From a virus (Duplodnaviria > Caudoviricetes), in IMG/VR virus record IMGVR_UViG_3300020045_002515, positions 1-33,867 of that record: a DNA stretch of 33,867 nucleotides. One strand, written 5' to 3'. This document shows, piece by piece, positions 25,228 to 33,020 of this stretch (its first letter is position 1; the number at the start of each line of letters is the position of its first letter). Position numbers and translations under genes: made by a program. Under the pieces are notes generated by a model. It did no database searches. It worked only from the letters and a program-made list of their open reading frames with translations, and had not been told where the DNA came from.

Positions 25228-26039
25228 TAACATTTACAGATAAATTTCCATTAACACATGATAATTATCATTCCCTGCAAGCGAATAATGCTTATATGTC
25301 TAACAGTCAATACCGGGATTTTCGGGTTTGTGAAGCGATGGCGATGGCCAAAATATCCGGGGAATATTCATCTATTGAAAGTAAGGCCCTTATCGCCGGT
25401 AAGCTGCTTCATTCCTGGAATGATGGCACGATCGAAGAATTTAAGGCATCTACTCCTGCGCTATATAAAAAGGCCGGCGGATTATATTCCGAATATCAAG
25501 ATATCATGGATATGATCGATGTACTGCGACAAGATGAATTAGTAATGTTTGTACTGCAGGGCCGAAAAGAAGTTATCTTAACGGCGGAAATGTTCGGGTG
25601 CTATTGGAAATCTATGCTTGATGTTTATAATCCGGAAAAAAGAAGATTTGGCGAATTGAAATCTACTCGCAGCATCCGCGAATTGGTTTGGGATCCAGAA
25701 GAAGGGGGTAAGGTATCATTCCTAGAAATGTACCATTACCCTAGACAACACGCAGTATACGCAGAAATGGAAAGACTGGTAAGCGGTAGGGATCCCGGTG
25801 ATTGGTACGAAGGTATTATGGTAGCAGTATCGAAGGAAGAACCACCAGATAAAGAAGTTATTAGCCTTAAGGATCCGGGCCGGGTGGAAGCTGAACTGAA
25901 AGCAATTGAAATCAATATGCCCAGGATCTTATCGGTAAAAAGGCATCTGGCCGAACCAAAACGATGTGAGCGCTGCGCTTACTGCAGGGGAACAAAGAAA
26001 CTTGATCGTATTATTCACTATACCGAATTAGATAAGTAA
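25224..26039 (+). CDS. PD-(D/E)XK exonuclease (DUF3799 / RecE-like)
   Basis: YMSNSQYRDF..CEA..A, LDVY...ELKS nuclease core, C-terminal RCERCAYC. Confidence 0.85.
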   Translation: MITFTDKFPLTHDNYHSLQANNAYMSNSQYRDFRVCEAMAMAKISGEYSSIESKALIAGKLLHSWNDGTIEEFKASTPALYKKAGGLYSEYQDIMDMIDVLRQDELVMFVLQGRKEVILTAEMFGCYWKSMLDVYNPEKRRFGELKSTRSIRELVWDPEEGGKVSFLEMYHYPRQHAVYAEMERLVSGRDPGDWYEGIMVAVSKEEPPDKEVISLKDPGRVEAELKAIEINMPRILSVKRHLAEPKRCERCAYCRGTKKLDRIIHYTELDK

Positions 26040-26080
26040 TTACGCTAAATAGCGTTTTATAAAAAAAGGGGGAAATTACA

Positions 26081-26398
26081 TTGGCAGAAGTAGAATTAAC
26101 CTTATCGACTATTTGCGAAGGGAACCTGGAAGCTGAATTTCAAAGTTTTATTCCGGCCCTATTATCCCAGTTGAAGCATGGCCAAAAAGCAACGGTGGCT
26201 ATTACCATCGATATCAAGCGGGTAGCTGATACCTCAACGATGATAACTGCAGCTTACTCCATTACTCCAAAATTCCCGGCCATTAAGAAAGCTAGTATTT
26301 GCCGTATGACTGGCGATAACAAGCTGATTACTGAAGAAGCGCCGGAACCTATGAAAGTGGTAAACCTATTCACAAATATAGCGGGAGGTAATAAGTAA
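26081..26398 (+). CDS. Phage hypothetical protein
   Basis: TTG start with GGGGG SD; coupled to the next gene. Confidence 0.75.
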   Translation: MAEVELTLSTICEGNLEAEFQSFIPALLSQLKHGQKATVAITIDIKRVADTSTMITAAYSITPKFPAIKKASICRMTGDNKLITEEAPEPMKVVNLFTNIAGGNK

Positions 26399-26400
26399 TT

Positions 26401-27123
26401 ATGGAAAAAGAATTAAATATCAATGTTACTGCCGATGGTGGCGAATTGGTTATTCGTCATGGCCAGGCACCGGAAATCTTCGTGTATGATGGTTTTAAGT
26501 ATGATGCCTATTCTACACCTAGCTTGATTGAATTGGTTAAAGCTAGGGGGCACGTGTCCGATACAGTAATAGCTTATAGTGATGTTGGTGTAAAAGTTAT
26601 ATTAAACTCTTACACTCAATCACGTGATCAAGATCGGCTGAACTACTCCTATAAAACATCCATGCAGCACGATGAATGGATTAATATTCTAAAAGGTGGC
26701 TGCAGTTTTGGTCAGAAGAATCTTATCGATTTCCTGCGCCGGCGCGAAGATGGCGAAGTAGAGCAGATCGAATCTTTAATATCGCAGCTGCAAAACTTTA
26801 AATTTGTTACTACCATCAATGGCGATTTTACATATGACGATCGCAACAATTATACCTTTGCTATTAAGATGGGCGAAACTGAAGGTACTGTGAGATTACC
26901 GCAAATAATCATGGCCAACATTGAAATATTCAACGAAAGCGGATTTACTCAAATGATGGAGATTGAAGTCGAAGTCGTTAAACCACGCAGCGAACAGGAA
27001 AAACTTTCTTTTAATCTAACGTGCCCTAAGTATGCCAGGTATAAAAAGCGGGCCCTTGAAAATGAAATCAACAATATCAAGAAAGAACTGGAAGGGTATC
27101 TGATAGTAACAGGAAATATCTAA
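26401..27123 (+). CDS. Phage protein, possibly YfdQ/DUF2303-like
   Basis: 240 aa; FGQKNLIDFLR and LPQ.I...IEIF motifs resemble YfdQ-like proteins; SD GGAGG. Confidence 0.5.
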   Translation: MEKELNINVTADGGELVIRHGQAPEIFVYDGFKYDAYSTPSLIELVKARGHVSDTVIAYSDVGVKVILNSYTQSRDQDRLNYSYKTSMQHDEWINILKGGCSFGQKNLIDFLRRREDGEVEQIESLISQLQNFKFVTTINGDFTYDDRNNYTFAIKMGETEGTVRLPQIIMANIEIFNESGFTQMMEIEVEVVKPRSEQEKLSFNLTCPKYARYKKRALENEINNIKKELEGYLIVTGNI

Positions 27124-27131
27124 TTAGAACT

Positions 27132-27165
27132 GAAGGGGCGGGGTAGTAGACCGTCCCTTTTATTT
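27132..27165 (+). terminator. Intrinsic terminator ending the recombination operon
   Basis: AAGGGGCGG...CCGTCCCTT stem followed by TTATTT. Confidence 0.8.
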
Positions 27166-27197
27166 ATAAAAATAATTAAAATAATTAGAATAAAAAA

Positions 27198-27224
27198 GAA
27201 GGAATTAGAATAGTAGTGTAGAAT
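27198..27224 (+). promoter_or_regulatory. SigmaH (Spo0H)-type promoter
   Basis: GAAGGAATT-11 bp-GTAGAAT matches the sigmaH consensus RNAGGAWWW-N11/12-RNNGAAT; AT-rich upstream region. Confidence 0.65.
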
Positions 27225-27251
27225 ATGTATTATCAGAGGGGTGGTGAAACG

Positions 27252-27428
27252 ATGGAAAAGGACAAGCTTTTAAAGGTGTCAGAGGTTGCCAGTAGGTTGC
27301 AAGTGCATCCTGCTATGGTAGGTCAATATTTAAGGAATGGTATCTTACCTGGTGTTCGCATTGGAAATGGCAGAGGGCAATGGCGAGTAAGTGAAACAGA
27401 TTTGGCGAACTACTTGCGGAAGGGGTAG
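27252..27428 (+). CDS. Excisionase/MerR-like HTH (HTH_17) DNA-binding protein
   Basis: LLKVSEVASRLQVHPAMV..YLRNGILPGVRIG....WRVSETDL; SD GAGGGGTG before ATG 27252. Confidence 0.88.
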   Translation: MEKDKLLKVSEVASRLQVHPAMVGQYLRNGILPGVRIGNGRGQWRVSETDLANYLRKG

Positions 27429-27432
27429 TAAT

Positions 27433-28263
27433 ATGAAGGATGCTTACTACTTTAGCCATGATGCCAATGCGCGAACTGATCCAAAGATTCTTGCAATGCG
27501 AAGTGTTTATGGATCTGAAGGTTATGGTCTTTACTGGATGGTAGTGGAAACATTAAGAGAGCAAAGCGAATACAAGTTACCGCTTATGAAGTACACGATT
27601 AATGCACTTGCATTGCAAATGCAATACGATTGCAGTAAATTTGAACAATTTATCAACGATTGCTGCGATGAATTTTTCTTATTGCAACGTGATGAATCAT
27701 TTTTATGGTGTAATACCTTGTTAAAAAGAATGGGCCGGCTTGATGATATTAGAGAAAAAAGGAAAAGCGCGGCCGAAAAGAGGTGGGGAAAGGATAAAAT
27801 AGATGAACCGGATGCAAAAAATATGCAAGTGCATAGCACAAGCAATGCAAGTTATATCCAAAGTAAAGTAAAGAATAGTATAGTAAAGGATAGTAAAGAA
27901 GAAGATATTATACCCTACGCTGAAATAATTATGTATCTTAATCTTAAGGCTGCAACTAAGTATAAATCTAATGGCCAAAAGACTAGGGATCTAATTAAGG
28001 CCAGATGGAACAATGGATTTGTTCTTGAAGATTTTAAAACTGTCATTGATAAAAAATGTTTACAATGGCTTGATGATCCAAATAACAATCAATACCTTAG
28101 ACCAGAAACATTGTTCGGAAATAAGTTTGAAGGGTACCTTAATCAAAAGGTGGTTACTTATGGAACACATGGACAAGGAACTGCAAAAGGTGGTCGCAAG
28201 GATCCAAACGCAAATTGCGGCAGCGCCGATACAGACTACCAAAAAAGTTACGACAATATGTGA
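27433..28263 (+). CDS. Phage replication initiator (DUF4373/Lin1244-like N-terminus plus conserved phage C-terminal domain)
   Basis: YYFSHDANAR.DPKI...YGSEGYGLYW N-terminus; YLRPETLFGNKFEGYLN C-terminus; followed by a DnaC-like gene. Confidence 0.85.
   Translation: MKDAYYFSHDANARTDPKILAMRSVYGSEGYGLYWMVVETLREQSEYKLPLMKYTINALALQMQYDCSKFEQFINDCCDEFFLLQRDESFLWCNTLLKRMGRLDDIREKRKSAAEKRWGKDKIDEPDAKNMQVHSTSNASYIQSKVKNSIVKDSKEEDIIPYAEIIMYLNLKAATKYKSNGQKTRDLIKARWNNGFVLEDFKTVIDKKCLQWLDDPNNNQYLRPETLFGNKFEGYLNQKVVTYGTHGQGTAKGGRKDPNANCGSADTDYQKSYDNM
27601..27900. repeat. Iteron-like repeats inside the initiator gene (candidate origin)
   Basis: ATGCACTTGCAT (27602-27613) is a perfect inverted copy of ATGCAAGTGCAT (27823-27834). 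Further ATGCAA copies at 27812 and 27845. AGTAAAG repeats at 27861-27900. Confidence 0.55.
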
Positions 28264-28867
28264 TGATGATATCTTGAAGAAGCGGTATGATGAACTGGAA
28301 AAGCGCGGGGTTTATCGCCGGTACTGGGAATGTACCTTTGATAAAATGGAAGCGCGGGGGATCCCGGAAAGTGTTAAGGAAAGTTTTGCAGAAGCAAAGT
28401 TATATGCTGACAAGTTAAAAGATCACGTTAAAAATGGGACTGGCTTAATACTAGGCGGGCCGGTGGGCCTAATGAAAACATCCATCGCGGTAGGGGTAGT
28501 GCAGCGGGCAATGGACTTAGATATACCGGTACAATTCGTAACAATGGCATCATTACTTGATAATATTTTTACCATCAAGGCAAGGGACAAAGAAGAATCT
28601 GCCCGGTATGAAGAACGCTTGCGATCTGTGAAGATCCTGGTAATGGATGATCTGGGCGCTGAATATACGGAAGGATGGGTGAAAACCAAGTTTGATGCAA
28701 TAATATCCGAAAGGTATAATCGAATGTTACCGAATATTATAACTACTAATCTGACCGGTGAATTACTGAAAGCTACATATGCAGACCGGGTATTGGATCG
28801 GCTGCGCTCAACATCTATAATGCTAGGGTTTAAGGGTACAAGCTTAAGGGGGAAAGCTAAGCAATGA
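28160..28867 (+). CDS. DnaC/IstB-like helicase loader ATPase
   Basis: GLILGGPVGLMKTS Walker A variant, ILVMDDLGAE Walker B, IISERYN..LP.IITTNL, RVLDRL; SD AAGGTGG before ATG 28160. Confidence 0.9.
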   Translation: MEHMDKELQKVVARIQTQIAAAPIQTTKKVTTICDDDILKKRYDELEKRGVYRRYWECTFDKMEARGIPESVKESFAEAKLYADKLKDHVKNGTGLILGGPVGLMKTSIAVGVVQRAMDLDIPVQFVTMASLLDNIFTIKARDKEESARYEERLRSVKILVMDDLGAEYTEGWVKTKFDAIISERYNRMLPNIITTNLTGELLKATYADRVLDRLRSTSIMLGFKGTSLRGKAKQ

Positions 28868-29085
28868 AAAGGACACAAGATACTTCAATGGATCCGCTGA
28901 AGGTTACTGAACTTACTTATATCCTTTCCTGCAGCTGCCATCAAGAATTGAAGCGGGATCTGATACCTGGCCAACCAAAACATAACAAGCGGGCCAGGGA
29001 AGATCTTCACCAATTTCATACTGAACATCAAATAAGGAAGGGGCATAAGACTAAGCTAACTAAGGAGGGCACTATCGACTTATGA
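28864..29085 (+). CDS. Hypothetical protein (CxC...HxxH, possible Zn binding)
   Basis: ATGA overlap with the upstream gene; 73 aa. Confidence 0.65.
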   Translation: MKRTQDTSMDPLKVTELTYILSCSCHQELKRDLIPGQPKHNKRAREDLHQFHTEHQIRKGHKTKLTKEGTIDL

Positions 29086-29255
29086 AGATTAAAACCTGGA
29101 CAGTAATACACGCATTTTGCCCGAAAACTGAAAAGATTATTTATACTGCAGTAAGGTGCAGCGAATGTAGGAACTATCGGGGCCCGGTAAATGATGGTTT
29201 TGAATGTGCTTTTAAAGCAAAGAAAAAGGAAGGTGCCCAGAATGAACAAGCTTAA
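29082..29255 (+). CDS. 57-aa Cys-rich hypothetical protein (not in the ORF track)
   Basis: MKIKTWTVIHAFCPKTEKIIYTAVRCSECRNYRGPVNDGFECAFKAKKKEGAQNEQA*; SD AAGGAGG; ATGA overlap. Confidence 0.7.
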   Translation: MKIKTWTVIHAFCPKTEKIIYTAVRCSECRNYRGPVNDGFECAFKAKKKEGAQNEQA

Positions 29256-29325
29256 GTTGTGGCTAATGATTGCCGGCGCTGCGGCAAAGGGACAAGAACT
29301 TATAAAGGGTGGTAAGAAGGTATGA
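29242..29325 (+). CDS. 27-aa micro-ORF coupled to ssb
   Basis: MNKLKLWLMIAGAAAKGQELIKGGKKV*; SD AAGGAAGG; its TGA overlaps the ssb ATG. Confidence 0.5.
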   Translation: MNKLKLWLMIAGAAAKGQELIKGGKKV

Positions 29326-29732
29326 ATCTAGTTGTATTAGTTGGTCATTTAACAAGGGATCCAGAAGTAAAGATGGTAAATGGTGATAAAACTGTGGCAA
29401 CATTCTCAATAGGTGTCAATTCTGGTTTTGGTGATAACAAGAAAACCGACTTCGTGCCAATAGTAGTATGGAACAAATTGGCGGAAATATGCGGAAATAA
29501 TTTAATTAAAGGCCGGAAGGTACTGGTCGAAGGTCGTTTATCAATCCGCGAATACGAAAAGGATGGCCAGAAGCGCCGGGTGGCTGAAGTAGTGGCCCAG
29601 AATGTAGAGTTTTTAGATAGTAATAAGCAAGGGGCCCAGGCATCGCCGGCAGCAGCAAAGAGCAAAGATGATGTAAATAGCTTTGGTAAAGATATTAAGT
29701 ATGACGATACCGGGGAGGAAATACCTTTCTAA
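29322..29732 (+). CDS. ssb: Single-stranded DNA-binding protein
   Basis: MN.V.LVGHLTRDPE, VLVEGRL, EVVAQNVEFLD and acidic EEIPF tail. Confidence 0.97.
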   Translation: MNLVVLVGHLTRDPEVKMVNGDKTVATFSIGVNSGFGDNKKTDFVPIVVWNKLAEICGNNLIKGRKVLVEGRLSIREYEKDGQKRRVAEVVAQNVEFLDSNKQGAQASPAAAKSKDDVNSFGKDIKYDDTGEEIPF

Positions 29733-29755
29733 ACCATTAAAGGCGGCGATGATGG

Positions 29756-30289
29756 ATGCAGCGGTTTTGGGCGAAGGTGGACAAGCTGCCGGATCGGATC
29801 TGGCGATGGCGGGATGAAATAATTACTTCTGGTTGTTGGGAATGGAGAGGGGCCGGCGATAATCGCGGGTATGGCCAGTATACATATTTGGGCAGCAAGT
29901 ATAAGGCCCATAGGTTTTCATGGATGCTGAAGCATAAGACGATCCAGGATGGGTTATGGGTGCTTCACAAGTGCGATAATAAGTGCTGCGTTAATCCAGA
30001 TCATTTATTCCTGGGAACGGCATCTGATAATATGCAGGATTGCTTGTCTAAGGGGCGGCATATACCTGGCAAGGCATTTGGTGTGCTAAATGGTAGCTTT
30101 ACACATCCCGAAAAGATTAAACATGGTGTAGAGGTCAATACGGCCCGCCTAGACGATGGCCAGGTTAGAAGGATCCGGGCGAATTATGTTCCTAAAGTTG
30201 TGACCAGAAGAATGTTAGCAATTGAATTTGGAGTATGTAAGCGAACGATCGACTGCATATTGGCCTATGCTACATGGAAGCACATATAA
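29756..30289 (+). CDS. HNH endonuclease (HNH_3, homing-endonuclease-like)
   Basis: RFWAKVDK..CWEW..GYG..AHRFSW..VLHKCDNKCCVNPDHLFLGT..DN.QD plus C-terminal HTH. Confidence 0.93.
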   Translation: MQRFWAKVDKLPDRIWRWRDEIITSGCWEWRGAGDNRGYGQYTYLGSKYKAHRFSWMLKHKTIQDGLWVLHKCDNKCCVNPDHLFLGTASDNMQDCLSKGRHIPGKAFGVLNGSFTHPEKIKHGVEVNTARLDDGQVRRIRANYVPKVVTRRMLAIEFGVCKRTIDCILAYATWKHI

Positions 30290-30305
30290 AGCGAAAGGGG
30301 AAAAC

Positions 30306-31014
30306 ATGAAAGTATCTTGGTTTTCGGCGGGTGTATCTAGTCTTATAGCCACATATATAGAAAAAGAAAAAAATAGATAAAATCTTGTATTGTCATATTG
30401 ACGATCAGCATCCGGATACATTGCGATTTGTTAATGACTGCGAAAAAGTAACAGGTAAGAAAACTGAAATAATGCAATCTAAATATAAGTCGGTTAAAAA
30501 TGTAATTGAATCTTTTCGCTTTATAAATTCTCGTTATGGCGCAAAGTGTACTGAAATACTTAAAAAGAGGGTAAGGAAAGAATGGGAGTATGGCAAGAAA
30601 GATCTAAATTATGTATGGGGTTTTGACTATGACGAAAGGAGTAGAGCAGATAGAATATTAGAAACAATGCCGGAATTTAAACATACGTTCCCGCTTATTG
30701 AAAGGATGCTAACAAAAGAAGATTGCCATGGAATGATTAAGCAATTGGGAATAAAGCGGCCGGCAATGTATGACCTGGGGTATCGGAATAATAACTGTAT
30801 TGGCTGCGTGAAGGGCGGCATGGGGTACTGGAATAAGATAAGAATTGATTTTCCAGAAGTGTTTAAAGAAAGGGCAGCGTTTGAAAGGATTATAGGGCAT
30901 ACCTGCATTAAAGGTGTATTCCTTGATGAACTAGATCCATCTAGGGGAAGAATCGAAAATGAGATAATGGAAGATTGCAATATTATGTGTCAAATATATA
31001 GTGAAGGGGATTAA
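30306..31014 (+). pseudogene. PAPS-reductase/PP-loop family protein split by a +1 frameshift in an A7 run
   Basis: 30306-30380 encodes MKVSWFSAGVSS (PP-loop) then stops. The +1 frame continues IDKILYCHIDDQHPD...CTEILKK...NNNCIGCVKGGMGYW. Confidence 0.8.
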
Positions 31015-31018
31015 AATT

Positions 31019-31279
31019 ATGAAAGCTACTGGGATTGTTAGAAGGGTGGATGAACTGGGGCGGATAGTCGTGCCGATTGAATTACGGCGCAATATGAGCA
31101 TTGAAGAAGGGGATGCTTTGGAAGTTTTCGTGGAAGAAGATAAGATCATCCTTATGAAGTATCTGCCAGGGTGCCATGCTTGCAATGAGTTTTCAAAGAA
31201 AATGCTAATAGTTGGTAACTTGCGATTATGCCAAAAATGCCAAGATCATGTTGTGGCTTGTAATTTGGTGGAGAAATGA
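31019..31279 (+). CDS. abrB: AbrB/SpoVT-family transcription regulator with C-terminal CxxC-CxxC
   Basis: MKATGIVRRVDELGRIVVPIELRR...I.EGDALEVFVEEDKIILMKY, nearly the AbrB N-terminal consensus. Confidence 0.92.
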   Translation: MKATGIVRRVDELGRIVVPIELRRNMSIEEGDALEVFVEEDKIILMKYLPGCHACNEFSKKMLIVGNLRLCQKCQDHVVACNLVEK

Positions 31280-31467
31280 TGCTTGATGTTATCTACTGCC
31301 CGGCTTGTGGCAAGGGGATCCAGGTGAAGGGCCTGTCCCTGGATGGTAGGGGTAATACATATGGAAACTGCCCAGGCTGCGGCAGGAAATTAACGCTAGG
31401 ATTACGCAGAAGCAGCGGTAAAAAATTGGAAATAGGTTGTTATCATAGGGGGGTAAAAGATGTTTAA
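31276..31467 (+). CDS. Small zinc-ribbon protein
   Basis: CPAC...CPGC; overlaps both neighbours. Confidence 0.75.
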   Translation: MMLDVIYCPACGKGIQVKGLSLDGRGNTYGNCPGCGRKLTLGLRRSSGKKLEIGCYHRGVKDV

Positions 31468-32374
31468 TAAATATATAAGGGATCATGCTGAAGGAATTAT
31501 TAAGCAATTAGAGCAGGAAGCAACTTTATCCGGGTTACAAGTAGAAGCGCCGGAAATGATTAATGGGCCAGTATTTTGTCGGAAATATTTACATAGCGGT
31601 ATCAAGCAACAAATGGAACATATGCGGTCAGAAATGGTAGAAGTTGAAGAAGAATTTTATAAGTCGGAATTTAATGTTAATAGGTTTATGTCTGAAATTA
31701 TAGATGTTCAAAATAGTGCAGAAACATTGCTGCATATAGTATCAAAGTTATCTGAAGTTGATATCGATCATGTACGAAAAGAAGTATTTGATGGACTTGT
31801 TACCAGGGGATATAATCCGGGATATGTTGGGCAGAAAGATCCTTTTAAAAATGCTGCTTCTGATGAATACATGAATGATTTAGTAGGCAGGGCGATAGAG
31901 AAAACGGAAAAAGAATTATCAAAAATTGATGATAGTTTAAAAGCAAAGAAACAAGAAATTGATGATAAATGTAAATTGAATTACGATAAGTACCGGGTGG
32001 ATAGGATACTTAAACCGGTACAGAAGTACAAGCATCCTATTCCGGAATACGGAAAACCTTTGCCTGGTATCTCACCAGATGCACCGGTGGTAAAGAATAC
32101 GGCCGGCGGAAGTCAGTCTGAATCAATATATGATTTTACAGATGTTAATCCTCTGGCCCTTCTGCGAATTGCAGCAAGATCCGCTTATGGCCAAAAGAAG
32201 TATGGCCGCAACAACTGGGCGAAGATCACTTCTTCAGAACATTTTAATCATGGGATGATACATATGGTTGCTTACATGGTCGGGGATCGATCAGACGATC
32301 ATTTGGGCGCTATGGGGTGGAGAATATTAGCCGGGATCGCGGTGGCCATGAAGGAAGAAAGCGAAAAGGGGTGA
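31460..32374 (+). CDS. MazG-like domain fused to a dATP/dGTP diphosphohydrolase (DUF5664-like) domain
   Basis: QMEHMRSEMVEVEE...EIIDVQNSAETLL...RGY (MazG-like), then GGSQS..Y...G.KKYG.NNW.....H.NH...H......DHL. Confidence 0.7.
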   Translation: MFNKYIRDHAEGIIKQLEQEATLSGLQVEAPEMINGPVFCRKYLHSGIKQQMEHMRSEMVEVEEEFYKSEFNVNRFMSEIIDVQNSAETLLHIVSKLSEVDIDHVRKEVFDGLVTRGYNPGYVGQKDPFKNAASDEYMNDLVGRAIEKTEKELSKIDDSLKAKKQEIDDKCKLNYDKYRVDRILKPVQKYKHPIPEYGKPLPGISPDAPVVKNTAGGSQSESIYDFTDVNPLALLRIAARSAYGQKKYGRNNWAKITSSEHFNHGMIHMVAYMVGDRSDDHLGAMGWRILAGIAVAMKEESEKG

Positions 32375-32378
32375 TACC

Positions 32379-32600
32379 ATGGTAGATCCGGATTTGTGGG
32401 ATAAGCTTGACGATTTAGAACACGCATTGGCCGAAGTTAGATTATACTGTTTTGGATTCTTTTTTATCATGGTATTGGCAGCTGCAGCTTCATTGGTATT
32501 CTATTGCGGTATGGCGGATATCAAGGCGGATCTAAGGGAAACCAGACAGGGACTTGCTAATATTAAAACTGAATTATACATAATAGAGAAGTTAAAATGA
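32379..32600 (+). CDS. Single-TM hypothetical protein
   Basis: Hydrophobic LYCFGFFFIMVLAAAASLVFYCG segment; SD AAGGGGTG. Confidence 0.7.
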   Translation: MVDPDLWDKLDDLEHALAEVRLYCFGFFFIMVLAAAASLVFYCGMADIKADLRETRQGLANIKTELYIIEKLK

Positions 32601-32776
32601 GTGTCGAAATTAACAAAGGTTTATTCGATGAAGTGAAGCGGCTGAAGGGTATTAATGTCAAGCTAGTAAAAGACATTATTATCCTTCGGGATACCATCAA
32701 AAGATTACAAGAGGGGGATGGACTGTATGCCCAGGGAAACCAGAATAGGCAATATCCTGGTGATTGTAAGCGGTGA
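32597..32776 (+). CDS. 59-aa hypothetical protein (not in the ORF track)
   Basis: MSVEINKGLFDEVKRLKGINVKLVKDIIILRDTIKRLQEG...; ATGA overlap, fills the gap between genes. Confidence 0.55.
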   Translation: MSVEINKGLFDEVKRLKGINVKLVKDIIILRDTIKRLQEGDGLYAQGNQNRQYPGDCKR

Positions 32777-33020
32777 TATAAGCGATCAAGAAATAGAAGT
32801 TTACTTGAAGGATCTGCATCAAAAACATAAGCATGACATTGTATGCGCTAATATCAAGGTCGATGGTGAGTATGTGGATGTTAAGTACAGTTATAATAAT
32901 CCACCATTTGAACGGATCCGCCGGATAACCGGGTACCTAGTGGGCACGACTGCCAGATTCAACAATGCTAAGCGGGCAGAAGAACATGATCGGGTAAAGC
33001 ATGGTTTAAGCCATGAATAA
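32727..33020 (+). CDS. Stand-alone NrdD C-terminal glycyl-radical-domain protein
   Basis: C-terminus FERIRRITGYLVGTTARFNNAKRAEEHDRVKH matches the class III RNR C-terminus, but the protein is only ~97 aa. SD GAGGGGG. Confidence 0.85.
   Translation: MPRETRIGNILVIVSGDISDQEIEVYLKDLHQKHKHDIVCANIKVDGEYVDVKYSYNNPPFERIRRITGYLVGTTARFNNAKRAEEHDRVKHGLSHE

Noticed and set aside
30368-30374. -1 programmed frameshift at A_AAA_AAT
   Set aside because: The downstream coding frame is +1, so a -1 slip would not restore the protein.
641-31507. Numerous minus-strand and nested alternative-frame ORFs in the ORF track
   Set aside because: They are shadows of long plus-strand genes and show no recognisable motifs.
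32727-33020. Full anaerobic ribonucleotide reductase nrdD or its pseudogene
   Set aside because: Only the C-terminal loop is present, there is no catalytic core, and the flanking DNA encodes unrelated intact ORFs.
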